DNA of 64,000 nt from Eledone cirrhosa (lineage: Eukaryota), in the NCBI GenBank assembly GCA_964016885.1, contig OZ024740.1:116560001-116624000 (forward strand). Reading direction: 5' to 3'. A program made the position numbers and the translations under genes. Of this stretch, positions 13,520 through 28,539 are shown piece by piece. How positions within the stretch are numbered: the stretch's first letter is position 1; each line of letters begins with the position of its first letter. The notes below the pieces were generated by a model. The model worked only from the letters and a program-made list of their open reading frames with translations. It made no database searches and was not told the DNA's origin.

Positions 13520-14020
13520 GTCGTGGGTTCGATTCAATGAATTTTGTGGTGTGTTGTGTTCTTGAGTAAAACACTTCATTTCATGTTACACCAGTATATT
13601 CAGCCAAAAACGAGTGCCAGCGCTAGCTTGGGTTTAACCTTGCAATGGATTGGCGTTCTATCCAAAGGGAAACATTGTACTCTCGATAACTTAACACCGA
13701 TAAAACTGGGAGAAGCACCGGCCTTACGAGTCTCCGGGCTTGGGATACACTTTAACTTTTAACATGATAGTAAGCTCCCAGCATTGTGTTCTTGGGCAAC
13801 ACATTTTATTTCACATTCCTACAGTCCTCTCTTCAGGCAAACATGAGTTGAAGCTGTAATTCAAAGGGTCAGTCGTGTCACACACTGTGTCACACTGTAT
13901 CATCCTAAGAATTACATTACACGTGTCTTGGAATGCTCAGCCACTTGCATGTTAATTTCACCTGCAGACTGTTTTGTTGATCGAATAACTGGAACAGTGA
14001 TCGTGTTCGGAACCGATGCA
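13520..14020 (+). mobile_element. Two older SINE-like repeats of other families
   Basis: gggttcgattc..gtgttcttgagtaaaacactt; the gtcacactg..gaatgctcagccacttgc..gttaatttcac block recurs at 38760-38930 and inverted at 46370-46530. Confidence 0.55.
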
Positions 14021-14475
14021 GGTCCAACCCAACATGGATACAAGCAGTGAAATCTATCTTAAGCAATGGCACAAAATATACTTTTAGTAGAGTATAAATA
14101 TTGATTTAAGTTACGAATTTCTCATTCTATGATTACCTCTCATTTTCGTAATGGGGAGAAAGCAAAATAAAACTGCTATCCATGGGATTTAGGTAAATAC
14201 ATGGGATTTAGTATAATATTCGAGTGGTTCCTCAAATTTAGTATATTCTAACGATCCCAAATCATAATATACATATCATATTAGGTATATATATTCTTCT
14301 GTAAGTATAGGCATTCTATTTTGTTTTTATCCCCCCTTGAGAGGGGATAATTATAGTGGGGAGGTCGGCGAGAAAATTCACTTGGTAGTGAAAAGGCTGC
14401 GAACCACTGCAATATTCCATTGTTTCTGTCAAATGAAACTTATCTGTTAGTCTTGTGATAATGATAAACAAAGAA

Positions 14476-14508
<33 letters not shown>

Positions 14509-14742
14509 AAAAATTGAAGAAAAGCAACAACAACAAAATAAAACAAATGGGTTAAAGTGTGCTATTCAGTAGCAATGTCAAGTTCTGCCTTTAGTAAAAA
14601 ATGGACAAGTATTGAAGTAACTCATTTAATGAAAAGGTTATATAAATCCCAATTCTTCGCCAAAACGTATTCCTGAAATCATGTTATTCATCATTTTAAT
14701 TTATGTACATATCCCAAATCCGATAGGGACACTTTCGTTGTG

Positions 14743-14807
<65 letters not shown>

Positions 14808-16085
14808 TGTAGATATGTATGTATATATATAAAAAAAACAACGGCAAGAAAATAAGTACCAAGGGAAATAATTATTAAAGATAATTTTTAAGGAAGATAA
14901 CTCTCATAATTTTAGAGTTATTGCTCTTGGTCAAATTACTTTACTATTTGAATTGGGATATACAATATTTAATAAAATAAGAATAATGAAAATTATTGTG
15001 TACAATGCTCAGTTGCACAACCTCTCACCAAAGGTACATGTATAGTACAAAGAATAATTGGTTCTACTTTTGGCACAAGGACAGCAATTATCCCAGTGTA
15101 TTACTGGTACTTTATTTTATCGACCCCGTAAGGATTAAAGGCAAAGTTAACCTCGGCGGGATTTGAACTCAGTCCGTAAAGGAACGTAACTGTGCTGCAA
15201 AGCGTCCGACCCTCTACCGATACTGCCAATCCACGTTCAAAAGTTAACAGCGTATGAGTCTTCATATACACACAGATACACAGACACACATGCGTGTGTG
15301 TGTATGGAGGGGGAATATCAGGAATAGTGTTAGCGAATTTCGGGAAACATGGAAGTTTTGAAGGATGCAGTGTCCCAACAGCTAACAACTGATGCAAGTA
15401 TTTTGTTCCATGCTTCAGCAACTCTGAGCGTGAAAAAATGTTTCTGAAATCATAGGAGCTCTACTATTTTTTGATTTTGTATGCATGTCCACGGGTGTTA
15501 GACATATTAAAAAAGGTGTCCGGGGTTGTTGTTGGAAAGATGGTTAATAATCTTGTGGGTGTCTACCAAGTCAGGTGTCAGAACATAAAGGGCCATAACT
15601 CTATGCTGCAAAGCATAGTGTCTGACGCTCTACCAATACTGCCAATCCACCGCCCTACAATAATAATAATTGTTTCTACTTTTTGGCACAAGGCCAGCAA
15701 TTATCCCAGTGTATTACTGGTACTTTATTTTATCGACCTCGTAAGGATGAAAGGCAAAGTTAACCTCAGCAGGATTTGAACTCAGAATGGCAAGGGCTGT
15801 AACTCTATGCGGCAAAGCATGGCGTCCGACTCTCTACCGATACTGCCAATACATGGTTTCTTATATAGGCACAAGTCCAGCAATTTTGGGCGAGGGGAAA
15901 GTCGATTAAATCAACCCCAGTGCATTTCTGGTACTTTATTTTATCGACCCCGTAAAGATAAAAGGCAAAGCTAACCTCGGAGGAATTTGAACTCAGAATG
16001 TAAAGGGCCATAATTCTATGCTGCAAAGCCTGGTGTCTGACGCTCTACCAATACCACCGATCCACCGTCCTACAACAATAATAAT

Positions 16086-16530
16086 AAAACTCAAAACTAG
16101 AACAATGCCTCTAACTGGATGTGCCTTAGGAATAATAGCAAAAAGGGCTGATTATTACCTATCTCAAATCCCAGGAAATTCACAAATGGAAGAAATAAAA
16201 AAAATAGTACTCATGGGGGACAACTCATATCCTACGAAAAATACTGTCTATGAAACTACAAAACAATTTTTTTCAGTCATAATATCATTTTAGCACCAAA
16301 CAACTACTTTTAAACTAACTTTTAATTTTCTTATGTTTCGACAGATATTCTCTAGAATATTCTTACGAACTCAATGCAGATAATTACAACACAGATCGCT
16401 ATCACCGAACAACATTATTCTCCTAAAATATGGCAGTTATCAACCAATCTAGTCATAATGCCCACATGAACTTACAACTCGCTGTCTCACGAGGTCTCTA
16501 CAAATACGAAGCAAAATCCAAACATTAATA
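16086..16530 (+). mobile_element. 3' fragment of an R4/Dong-like RLE retrotransposon
   Basis: ALGIIAK..L.QIPG..MEEIKKIVLMG resembles the RLE C-terminus; lies between (AAT)n tracts. Confidence 0.55.
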
Positions 16531-16954
16531 ATAATTGTTTCTACTTTTGGCACAAGGCCAGTAATTACCCATTGCATTACTGATACTTTATTTTATCGAC
16601 TCCGAAAGGATGAAAGGCAAAATTAACGTCGGCAGGATTTGAACTCAGAATGGCAAGGGTCGTAACTCTATGCGTCAAAGCATGGCCTCCGACCCTCTAC
16701 CGATACTGCCAATCCACTGCCTTAATAATAATGGTTTCTTATATAGGCACAAGGCCAGCAATTTTTTTTTTGGGGGGGGAAAGTCGATGAGATCGACTCC
16801 AGTGCGTGACTGGTACTTTATTTTATCGACCCCGTAAGGATGAAAGGCAAAATTAACCTCGGCGGGATTTGAACTCAGATCATAGAGGGCCGTAACTCTA
16901 TGCGGCAAAGCATGGCGTCCGACCCTCTACCGATACTGCCAATCCACTGCCTTA

Positions 16955-17942
16955 ATAATAATAATAATGGTTTCATTTATTGGCCACAAGGGCCGACGAC
17001 ATATAGGGGACAATACAACAGACGAGGACAATCGGGGTTTATATAAAACATGTGAAATAAATATAAATAACTAGCAAAATAAGAAAAACACAACAATGAG
17101 AATTCCCCAAGGGTTGGCTCAGGTACCTGACGAATTCTGAACCACCCGACTCTTCGAGGACATCCGGGAAGGGTACCCCTCTACTCCTCCAATTCACCAG
17201 CCTACAGGCGCATTCACCCACCTTTTAGCAAATGTACTGGGGTGAAGCACTTCTCTCTCCGCCCCCACTTTCCTTTCCAAGTGAAACTTTAAAAAGTTGA
17301 TGAGGGATTGGCCGAAGTGAAACGTGTCTGTCTTCAGTCGTTTCAACCTCGTCCACCATACAACCTCTTTCGCTATTGCCACCAGACAGAGGAAAATTGT
17401 CTGCCCTTCCTGGTCAAAAGAAGGCGGCGGGTCGATCTTCACTATGGACTCAGCCGATAGCCGGATCCGTTCTACACGCGACAATAGCTGTTCGACATAA
17501 CTCCACAAGTCAGTAATGCACGGACACTGGACGAGAGCGTGCAGAACGGTTTCGTCGTTCAGCGCACTTCTCGGGCAGGTCCGTCTGACAACCCTTCCGT
17601 GCCTGTAGAGTTTATCTCGAAACGGCATTGCTCCCAGGTAGCACTGCCAAGCGAGGGATTTCTGGAAGTTATCCATCGTCTCCTGCTCGAAAGTCCTCCG
17701 GTACAGACTGGTTAGTTCGATTTCGTCGACGCCCAGAGCCTCTCCGAGTGCGTTGTCGCACTTGCGCACCACTAATCCTCTATAGAACTCGAGAGTGGAA
17801 GTTTCACTGGCCGTATTGCCCGCCTGGCAGAGGACAGTGAGTGCCTAGCAACATTCCAGATGCCAGTCACCCAGTCTCGGTCTCGTCTTGACCTAGGACT
17901 GCAGCTCATTCAAAGAGACGAGCTGCGGAAAGGCCCGTCTGA
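16955..17942 (-). mobile_element. 3' fragment of a Tx1/L1-clade LINE with 3'UTR and (TTA)n tail
   Basis: zf-RVT-like CPRS..DETVLHALVQCP..LWSYV; homologous to 29080-29742. Confidence 0.85.
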
Positions 17943-18359
17943 CAAATAATTGTTTCTACTTTAGGCACAAGGCCAGAAATTTGAAAGGGAGGGGAAAGTC
18001 GATAAACCCCAGTGTATTACTGGTGCCTTATTTTATCGACCACGTAAGGATGAAAGGCAAAGCTAACCTCGGCGGGATTTGAACTTAGAACGCAAAGGGC
18101 CTCAACTCTATGCCGCAAAGCATGTTGTCCAGTGCTCTATCGATTCTGCCAATACACCGCCCTTAATAATAATAATTGTTTCTACTTTTTGGCACAAGGC
18201 CAGCAATTATACCACTGGTACTTTAATTTATCGACCCCGTAAGGATGAAAGGCAAAGTTAACCTCGGCGGGATTTGAACTCAGTCCGTAAAGGGACGTAA
18301 CTGTGCTACAAAGCATGGCGTCCGACCCTCTACCAATACTGCCAATCCACCGCCCTCAA

Positions 18360-19400
18360 TAATAATAATGGTTTCATTTATTGGCTACGAGGGCCGACAT
18401 ATAGAGGACAATACAAAGACAGGGATAGTGGGGGTTTACAATAAAATCGAGTCAAAAATACATAACAAAAACAATTAACAATAAAAATATATAAAAATAT
18501 CGGATTACTCATAAGAAAGTATCTTCTAGCTGTGTTCTTTGGTATAGGGGTGCATGTTGGGGTTAAGCCTTTTCGCTTAGATCATTCTCGACCCTCTTCC
18601 CTAAATTTCAATAAATTCATCAGCGGGCACACACCTATTTCTCTGTCCTCACCTTTTATTTAAAGCAGAGCTACTAGACAGAGGAAAACTGTCCGCTCTT
18701 CCGGCCCCAAAAACAAGACGTTGGGCAATCATCGTGATGGATTCGGTTAATAACTGGATTTTTCGTATACTTGACAAGAGCTGTTCGGTGTAACTCCACT
18801 ATTTAGCAATTGACGAGTTTATGCTAAATGGTTCCGTCGTTTTCCACGCTTTTCAGACAGGCTCGGATGACGGCACTATAAACCCTGTAGAGTTTATCTC
18901 GAACCGGTAATTTCCCTCGGTAGTACTCCCAGGCTATGGATTCCTGGAAGTTATCCATAGATCTGAAATTAACTGAAAGTCTTCCAGAATAACATTTTTA
19001 GTTGATCTCCACTGACGCTCAGAGTCTACTTGTGAACGCATCTTCTCTTGCCTACTACTAACACTATAAAATGCAACGGCAGGTATATCACCGGCTGGCA
19101 TATCACCGGCTGGCATATCACCGGCTGGCATATCACCGGCTGGCATATCACCGGCCAAACTTCTCAAATGGTAGACAGCTGTAAGTGCTTGACAACATTC
19201 CAGTGGCTAGACGTTCAATCTTGATCTTCGCCTGACATCGAGTTGCAGGAAATCCTGCCTGATTAACGACAAGAACCACTGCTAATGCCACAGCCTCAGT
19301 GCTTATCTGCATATCATCAACTAATCTAATGTCATCTATTGTTCATTCTTTGTTGTATCTTATTAATTCTACTCTAATGGCTCTATACAGAGAGATATGA
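18360..19400 (-). mobile_element. Older degenerate Tx1/L1 3' fragment
   Basis: Same 3' end as 16955 (aatggtttcatttattggc..gggccgac); shares tgtagagtttatctcgaa and ctggaagttatccat blocks. Confidence 0.65.
19081..19155. repeat. 15-bp minisatellite (ggcatatcaccggct) x5
   Basis: Directly visible tandem repeat. Confidence 0.95.
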
Positions 19401-20350
19401 CACCATTTATTGACGATCGGCTACGCCAGTTTTTGCTCAACTAATTTACCAACCAGGTCGCTATAGGCTTTCTGTGTCGACAATAATTCGTACAAAAGAA
19501 AATGCATAGCCAAGATAAAAATGATGTAAGAACTGTTTACTTTCTCGACATCTTTAAACGAGACATTCTCATCATCTGGGTAGCTGTCTTCTACAACAGG
19601 GGAAGGCTTTAGTTAACTTATTTCCCATTCTGTTTCATAGCAACTCATACACACCGCCCACATGCACGCGCACACAAAACGAAACACATATGTATGTATG
19701 CATGCATATATGTATATATTTATATATGTATGTACGAATGTATGTATGTATGTATGTATGTATGTATGTATGTATGTATGTATGTATGTATGTATGTATG
19801 TATGTGTGTACGTGTATCATGTGCACATGTGCAAGTAAATGTGTGTTCTTGCATGTATATATCTGTATAAGTATTCATGAATGAGACTACGATTGCGTGT
19901 GGGAAAGTACGAGACTATGAGTATGTGTATTTGTGTATACATGTTTGAATTTATATGAGCGTATATTTATATATAAGAATGCTTGTCTGTGTGTGTATGT
20001 GCGTACGTGAATATACGACTTTATACATTTGCATGTGTATGTAGGGAAGTATGCATATTTGTGTGTAAAACATGTGAGTGTGTTTGGGTATGCTTGTGCA
20101 CATGCATCTGTGTGTGTGTGTGAATATGTGTGAGCATGAGTGTGTTATGAAACAGAATGGTGGATGAATTAACAACCAATGAGAATGGTATTTCGTTTAT
20201 GTGTTCTAATAATTATTATTTGAAACAATACTGCCGAATTATTGGATATTATACACATACATACAGACACACACGCGCAACACATATACATATATACATA
20301 CTGGCGTAAGCCCATATCCATTTATACATGTATCCACCCCACCCACCCAC

Positions 20351-20415
<65 letters not shown>

Positions 20416-20697
20416 TATATATACCCACTCGCATGCACACCATTTGCAGTGTTCATTCTTTTTATGTGCGTTACAGTTAATGTATATACACGTATGTATA
20501 GTTTTCGCCCACACAAATATACATATATGTACATAGCTCAAGTTCTTTCTCTCCTTCTCTCCCTTTTTCTCTCCCATATCTCTCTCTATTTACACACACG
20601 CACACGCAGACATGCACACACACACGCACACACACACACACACGCAGAAACGCACACACACACAGACGCGCGCGCGCGCGCACACACACGCACACGC

Positions 20698-20740
<43 letters not shown>

Positions 20741-21079
20741 ACAATACCAAGTAGAGAAATGTTATATCGTTATATCGTTATAACTCACCATATACCATTG
20801 ATGTAAGATTTGTGAATCATGCTCTTTATCTGACTCACAAATATTTTCTGAATGGTTAGAAGTTCTATCTGCTATTCAAGAACAGCATAAAGATGACAGA
20901 TTGCCCTCGAATAGTCGTACGAAAAGTAGTGTGGCGTTTATAACTACAGGTATTGAACCTCTGTTGTTCAACTGACGGATCAGCCTGCTTATGAAATTAA
21001 TGTGGAAATGGTTGTGAAATCCACAGACATATACACTGCTAACGAAGTTCTCGGGAAGATTCAGTGTAATGCAGGGTGT

Positions 21080-21250
21080 AACAATGTTAATCCTTTGAAT
21101 TACTGGTAACACCTCCTTTTTGCCAACTGAGAGGACTGGAGCAACGGAAAATAATAATGTTTTACTTATGGTTACTACGCGCCGCTAGGAATCGAACTCA
21201 CGGCCTTACGATAATGAGTCAAACATCCTAACCATCAAGTCACGCGCCTA
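21080..21250 (-). mobile_element. tRNA-derived SINE of a second family (also 34750-35010 and 63345-63545)
   Basis: ggagcaacg...aggaatcgaac(t/c)cacg..ttatgatcgt..aacacc recurs at three loci; B-box gttcgattcc on the minus strand. Confidence 0.65.
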
Positions 21251-22328
21251 TATTTAGCTACATTCCTCTCTTATTCTTTGGAAGAAATCGGTTGTGTTTA
21301 GATCTGGAGAAGAGATGGACACAGTCAGGTTTAAAGTGCCCCAAACACGCCGTATGTCAGTATGATTTCTCTACGACTACACCAGCAATTACAGGTCCAT
21401 ACATAAATAAATACACAAAACCCATGTGAACTTTCAGTTGTCTTCTAGTACTGAGTAATTTATTTCGCTGAATTGCACAATCACAGACCTGCCAACCTCT
21501 AAAAATCCAAATGGGGTGTACCATGAAATGAAATGTCTCAAAATAAGGAGAAATGGGGCAAAATAGGGAGATTTTTCATAATGAAAGCTATACACATTTT
21601 CACAAGATAAGACATCTCTCACCCACCCCCAATGTGGGTTGGAGATCTCCCCGTCCGACGGGGAGAGTTGATAGGTCTGCAATTACATCAATGTGGTATT
21701 ACCAATCCATTACACACTCAAGCTCGCGCACGCACACACATGCACACACAAGCATACATATACACACACACACAGGCATTTACTTATGTAAAAGAAAAAA
21801 AATCGATTACTGTGTTAACAGACTGTTAATAAAAAGAAAGCATCAACAATCTGTAGAGTAATACTTAGTATGTATGTGCGTGTATGTGTATGTGGGCGAG
21901 TGTATATGTGTGACTATATAAATGCATATTCTATTCTTTTACTGGTTTTAGTCATTAGATATCAACGTCAGTACTTATTTCATCGATTTCCTATCTATCG
22001 AAATACTAAGTTATAGAACAGAAAGAAACAATAAACGTAAACACGCACATACACACTCCATATATATATATATATGTTTACAAAATTATTATTTAAAACA
22101 CCACATTCCAGAAGAGTGAGAACATCATTTATTACATAACACTGACACGTGTTTCTTTGTTTGTGTTACATATCAGTCTAGGATTCCAACCTATAGTGTA
22201 ATTATCACAAGGTTTACCAAACGAATTAATTCGACCGTTGAGTAAAACACAACTGTAAGCGGCTTCAGTTTTTTGTTACATAACCAAAATACACTAACGG
22301 AAACTGAATACTACTATAATTTCCCCCC

Positions 22329-23242
<914 letters not shown>

Positions 23243-24552
23243 CGGGCTTCCGCAGTTTCCGTCTACTAACTTTCACTTACATTGCTGTTACATGTTTTTT
23301 CACTATAGAAAGTACAGGTACTTTTTTCATTATACTTACACAGATTTCTGATTGAATAATAAAATGAGCGAAAAGAAATTAATTATTTTTACAGATTGCC
23401 AGTTAATATTTCTTTGTGTTTTTATTTTATTTAATGTCATATCAAAATATATTTCGAAAGGTTTACAACAATGCGATCAAAACAGAGTAGACTTTACCTG
23501 TCAAATTACGAAATGGTTTTACTCTGACACTAGCTGATTCCATTGTATCACTATCTTTAAAAGTAAATTGAGCAGAACACGAAATCACTTCTCCTTGAAT
23601 GTTTTTCCTTCATAACATTGAATGGTGATGGTAACTAAAAGATATGCTTCACTGGTTGTTGACTCTCTGACAACTGATCATATTTTAATGTATATTCTCG
23701 TATCTTATACGTCACTATCAGAAGTTTTAACCGAAAATTTAAATACGTAAATAACATTATAAATACAATACTCACTACACAAAATAGTTACATTGAAGTG
23801 TCTTATGTGGTTATGAAAACGGAACAATTGAAAGGCAAGGGCTCTAGTATCAGAGAAGGATGGGGAGAGGGAGGGGGTGATGGGCTCTAGGTCTAGGGCG
23901 CGGCGGTATTGGGGCTACGCCCCGCGGACAAGACCGCATGGCATAGAAGTTCAAACAAAAAATTGTGCGAAAAATGTGTAGTAATGTTGAAATAAATTTA
24001 ACCAGTTCTTAACACACACTTAAGAAGATTTCCTGTTATTTTTAATGGTACTGTCAACGAGTTGGAAACGTTTCTTTTACAGGGTGAATTGTCTGCTTTT
24101 CCGCAGTTTTACAATTAATGATACAACAGAGAAAGTCAATTTGAGCGTGTGAGTTTAAGTAAATTTATACAGTTGTATATGAACTTGATGCAGCAATCAC
24201 CACAGACAATCTTTCAATTAACGGTGAACAAGTTAAAGGTCGACTTTGCCAATATCATTTGTATCTATATCACCGAACAACACGTCAGTTGTACAGTTAT
24301 CATGGACCAATCAGAGTGTCCTATTCTGATCAACACGCCACGCTTTATTTTTAGAAATGTATTTTTTTTTAGAATAAATAGAAAGAAAAATTGAATGTAC
24401 CGGAAAATCGTGATTTCGATCTTCATGTCCCCTCCCCAAAAAACAAACAAACAAACAAACAAAAAACAACAACAAATAAACGTGACAAGCAACCTCTACA
24501 GTAGAATAAATCCTAGAAAGTGTATAAAGTAGAAATTAAAGAAATATTATTC

Positions 24553-24684
24553 TACAGAGTGGCCCCAGAGTCGCAATACATAGGAAATTTTTAAGTTTCC
24601 ATATTTATTTATTTTGAATAAATTGTTTCTTATAAAATATAATTATTTTTTTTTATGTATCGCGACTTTTGGGCCACCGTTTTT
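24553..24684. mobile_element. Small MITE with Tc1/mariner-like TIRs
   Basis: gtggccccagagtcgcaatacata vs tatgtatcgcgacttttgggccac; left end ta|cag. Confidence 0.6.
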
Positions 24685-25201
24685 ATACAAATAGATTGAA
24701 TGAGAGACGGGGAGCGTGGGGGAAACAGAGGCGGTGACAGTTAGAGTTTGGTTCCTCTGTGTACATGCGCATGTAACTGATTTATTTAAACAGCACTATA
24801 ACAGCATTTCATTAACGTTACTATAAATTTTCACAATAATTTGTCCAATCCACCAACTAGTTAATATACTACAAACATTTGAATTAACAAACCTGATTTT
24901 AGATATTTTTGCTAAATCATTATAGGATATTATTAACGAAATTAACCATATGATTATTTAAAGTTGACAAATGTGTCTTGTCTTAATGTCGCGCGTCGAT
25001 TTTCATTTATTGAAGCAAGTGAGAAATGGGATTCAGGAGGAGAAAACAGTCATGATAGATATACGCTTGATGTGCCTGGGCCCCGAACCCACGTGTTGTC
25101 GTTTTCATTACTATTAGCGTTACACATTTCATTACATATTTATTGTTTACTAATCAGAATAAGAACAGCAGTAACCATGGCATCCCCGGGTCATTCAGCT
25201 A

Positions 25202-25253
<52 letters not shown>

Positions 25254-25335
25254 ATCTATATGTGTTTGTGAGTTCATGCATACAATTACATATATCCCTA
25301 TCTATATGTATGTGTGAGTTCATATATATATATAT

Positions 25336-25590
<255 letters not shown>

Positions 25591-25737
25591 GTAATAATAA
25601 TAAATTTGAAGACTAAAATCCAAAGAGAGCGCGATAAGGATAAATATATATCAAATATATAAGAACCGTAGAGCAAATATTTATTAAAATAACAGATTAA
25701 AGTTTAAGCAAAGAATCGCAGCGATTCTTTGCTTAAA

Positions 25738-26538
25738 CTTTCTAACACCGGATTCACTAGCGAAAGGTCTGTTTTTTGATTCGCTCATATATTCACACAG
25801 CTTATGCTGAAAGAATGACTATGTTGCTTGTGTTTATTTCCATCTTCGGTTAGCTTCCCCCTGTGTTGTTTACTTGTCTCACTCGCTTTACGCGTTTCTA
25901 TTGTCCTAATAACTTATTTTAGTTATTATCGCTCCAACGTGAGGTATATGATTTTTAATGCGATGAAATACCCATGATCGTTTGGTAAATCACTGATGAG
26001 GGACTCATTTTATAACATGTTATCCATGTGCAACCAGCAGTATTCTTCTCACTCATATTTTTCATATATTTACCCAAACTGCAATTCTGTGTTTCTCTCT
26101 TTCTCTCTTACTGCTCCCTCGTTCTCTCTGTTTCTCTTACTTTCTTTCGTCCCCTCTGCCATGTCAGTTAACTCTTTCTCTCTACTGACCTCTTCCTCGC
26201 ACTCCCACTCACTCAGTCCCTGTTTCTCCCCTTCTTTCTTCCCCCCGTTCGCTGGGAAAACGGTTTTCATTCTTTCTAACACCGGATTCACTAGCGAAAG
26301 GTCTGTTTTCTGACTCGCTCATATATTCACACAGCTTATGCTGAAAGAATAACTATGTTGCTTGTGTTTATTTCCATCTTCGGTTAGCTTCCCCCTGTGT
26401 TGTTTACTTGTCTCACTCGCTTTACGCGTTTCTATTGTCCTAATAACTTATTTTAGTTATTATCGCTCCAACGTGAGGTATATGATTTTTAATGCGATGA
26501 AATACCCATGATCGTTTGGTAAATCACTGATGAGGGAC
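25738..26538 (+). repeat. Two ~267 bp direct repeats (25738-26004, 26272-26538); partial inverted copy at ~31075-31268
   Basis: ctttctaacaccggattcactagcg...aaatcactgatgagggac nearly identical in both copies. Confidence 0.9.
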
Positions 26539-27062
26539 ATCCCATTTCAAATGACCATAATAAGAGTCGATCATCCACTTTTTCGTTCGATGAGGCTCTA
26601 TTCTTGATTTTCTCAACTATTATTTATAGTGAACGACTATTATTATTTCAATTTGCGTTGAGACGATTACATTACACATTTCAAATTTTTCTATTGCTTC
26701 TAAAGTCGACCAGTGAGTGATTAAACACACATGCTTTCCTCCCCTTCTTCCTTTTCTTACACTCATCTATCGTTGTATTTCTTCTCATATCTCTCATTCT
26801 ATCTAATGATGAAGAACTAACGCCCGAAACGTTAGGATTCTTTTCCTACCACATTAGTGTTAATTAAACTAATACATATAATCATTTTACTGTTTCGTTT
26901 ACCTACGTTGTTCTTTCGTCGTTGACTTTTCGTATATATATATAATGTATGTATGTATGTATGTATGTATGTATGTATGTATGTATGTATGTATGTATGT
27001 ATGTATGTATGTATGTATGTATGTATGTATGTATGTATGTATGTACGTTTGTTTGTTTGTTT

Positions 27063-27117
<55 letters not shown>

Positions 27118-27573
27118 AAAGAAATATGCAACAATCGCCCAGACAAAGACATACACATACATATACGTAACTTACTCTATTGAACATGGCTCGCCCTGTG
27201 TTGAAAGATGGAATAATAATAATGAAGGAAAAATTCAAATAAAGCGAGAAAAACAACAACACCAACAGCAACAAGAACAAGAACAACAGCAACAACAACT
27301 ACAACAAAAGCAACAACAACAACGATAATAACAACAAGAGTGTCGAAAAGCCAACAGCTAAGTTGCAGCCATATGAAAACCATCATGTGAGAGGCCCTGG
27401 CAGCCATTAGAAGATTATCAGTGGCGAATCAAAAGCAGCAGGACATTAATTAGAGTTGTTCGTTATACTCCCTATCATAGGTTGTGAGGTTGTGATACTG
27501 AAAGGAAAACAAGCAAAATATGAAAATAAGAACAGATAGAAAAAGAAAAACAACGATGAAAGTAAAATTATTA

Positions 27574-27606
<33 letters not shown>

Positions 27607-27672
27607 TGTATGTATGTATGTATGTATGTATGTATGTATGTATGTATGTATGTATGTATGTATGAATGTATG

Positions 27673-27718
<46 letters not shown>

Positions 27719-27770
27719 TACATGTGTGTGTGTATGTGTGTGTATATATGTATATATATATATGTATATA

Positions 27771-27869
<99 letters not shown>

Positions 27870-28054
27870 TTTATGTATATATTTATGTATGCACATATCC
27901 ATACAAACACACTCACACACACACACACACACACACATATTTATATACACACACATATATGTATATATATTACATATATATATATATATGTATATATAAA
28001 TATATATATGTATATATATGTATATGTATATATATACATATATATTTATATATA

Positions 28055-28160
<106 letters not shown>

Positions 28161-28456
28161 CATACAGACACACACACACGCACACACACGCACACACACA
28201 AACACATGTGTACGTCAGAGCAATGGTGAAGCAATTAGCCGTCTAACTTTTGAGGTAACTGCAGGAATCAGCATCCGTTCGTTTCATTTGATGTTTTTCA
28301 ATAATTGGCCTCTTCACGGTTCTTCTTTTTGGCCGCCATATTTCGTTGTTCAAATATAGCGTTTCTGACTTTATCGCCTTCATTTTTCTTTTTTTGCTCC
28401 CTAGTTTTTGATTTTTTCCGTTCATCATATCCAAGTTTCATACTTGGGGTGTTTAC

Positions 28457-28516
<60 letters not shown>

Positions 28517-28539
28517 TATCTATCTATCTCTCTACCTAT

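Larger units (their letters stand above)
15055..18357 (-). mobile_element. Cluster of ~8 same-orientation SINE copies (15055-15232, 15575-15657, 15665-15850, 15853-16075, 16533-16722, 16728-16952, 17946-18163, 18170-18357)
   Basis: Each matches the reverse complement of the SINE consensus; most are joined by (AAT)n. Confidence 0.9.
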
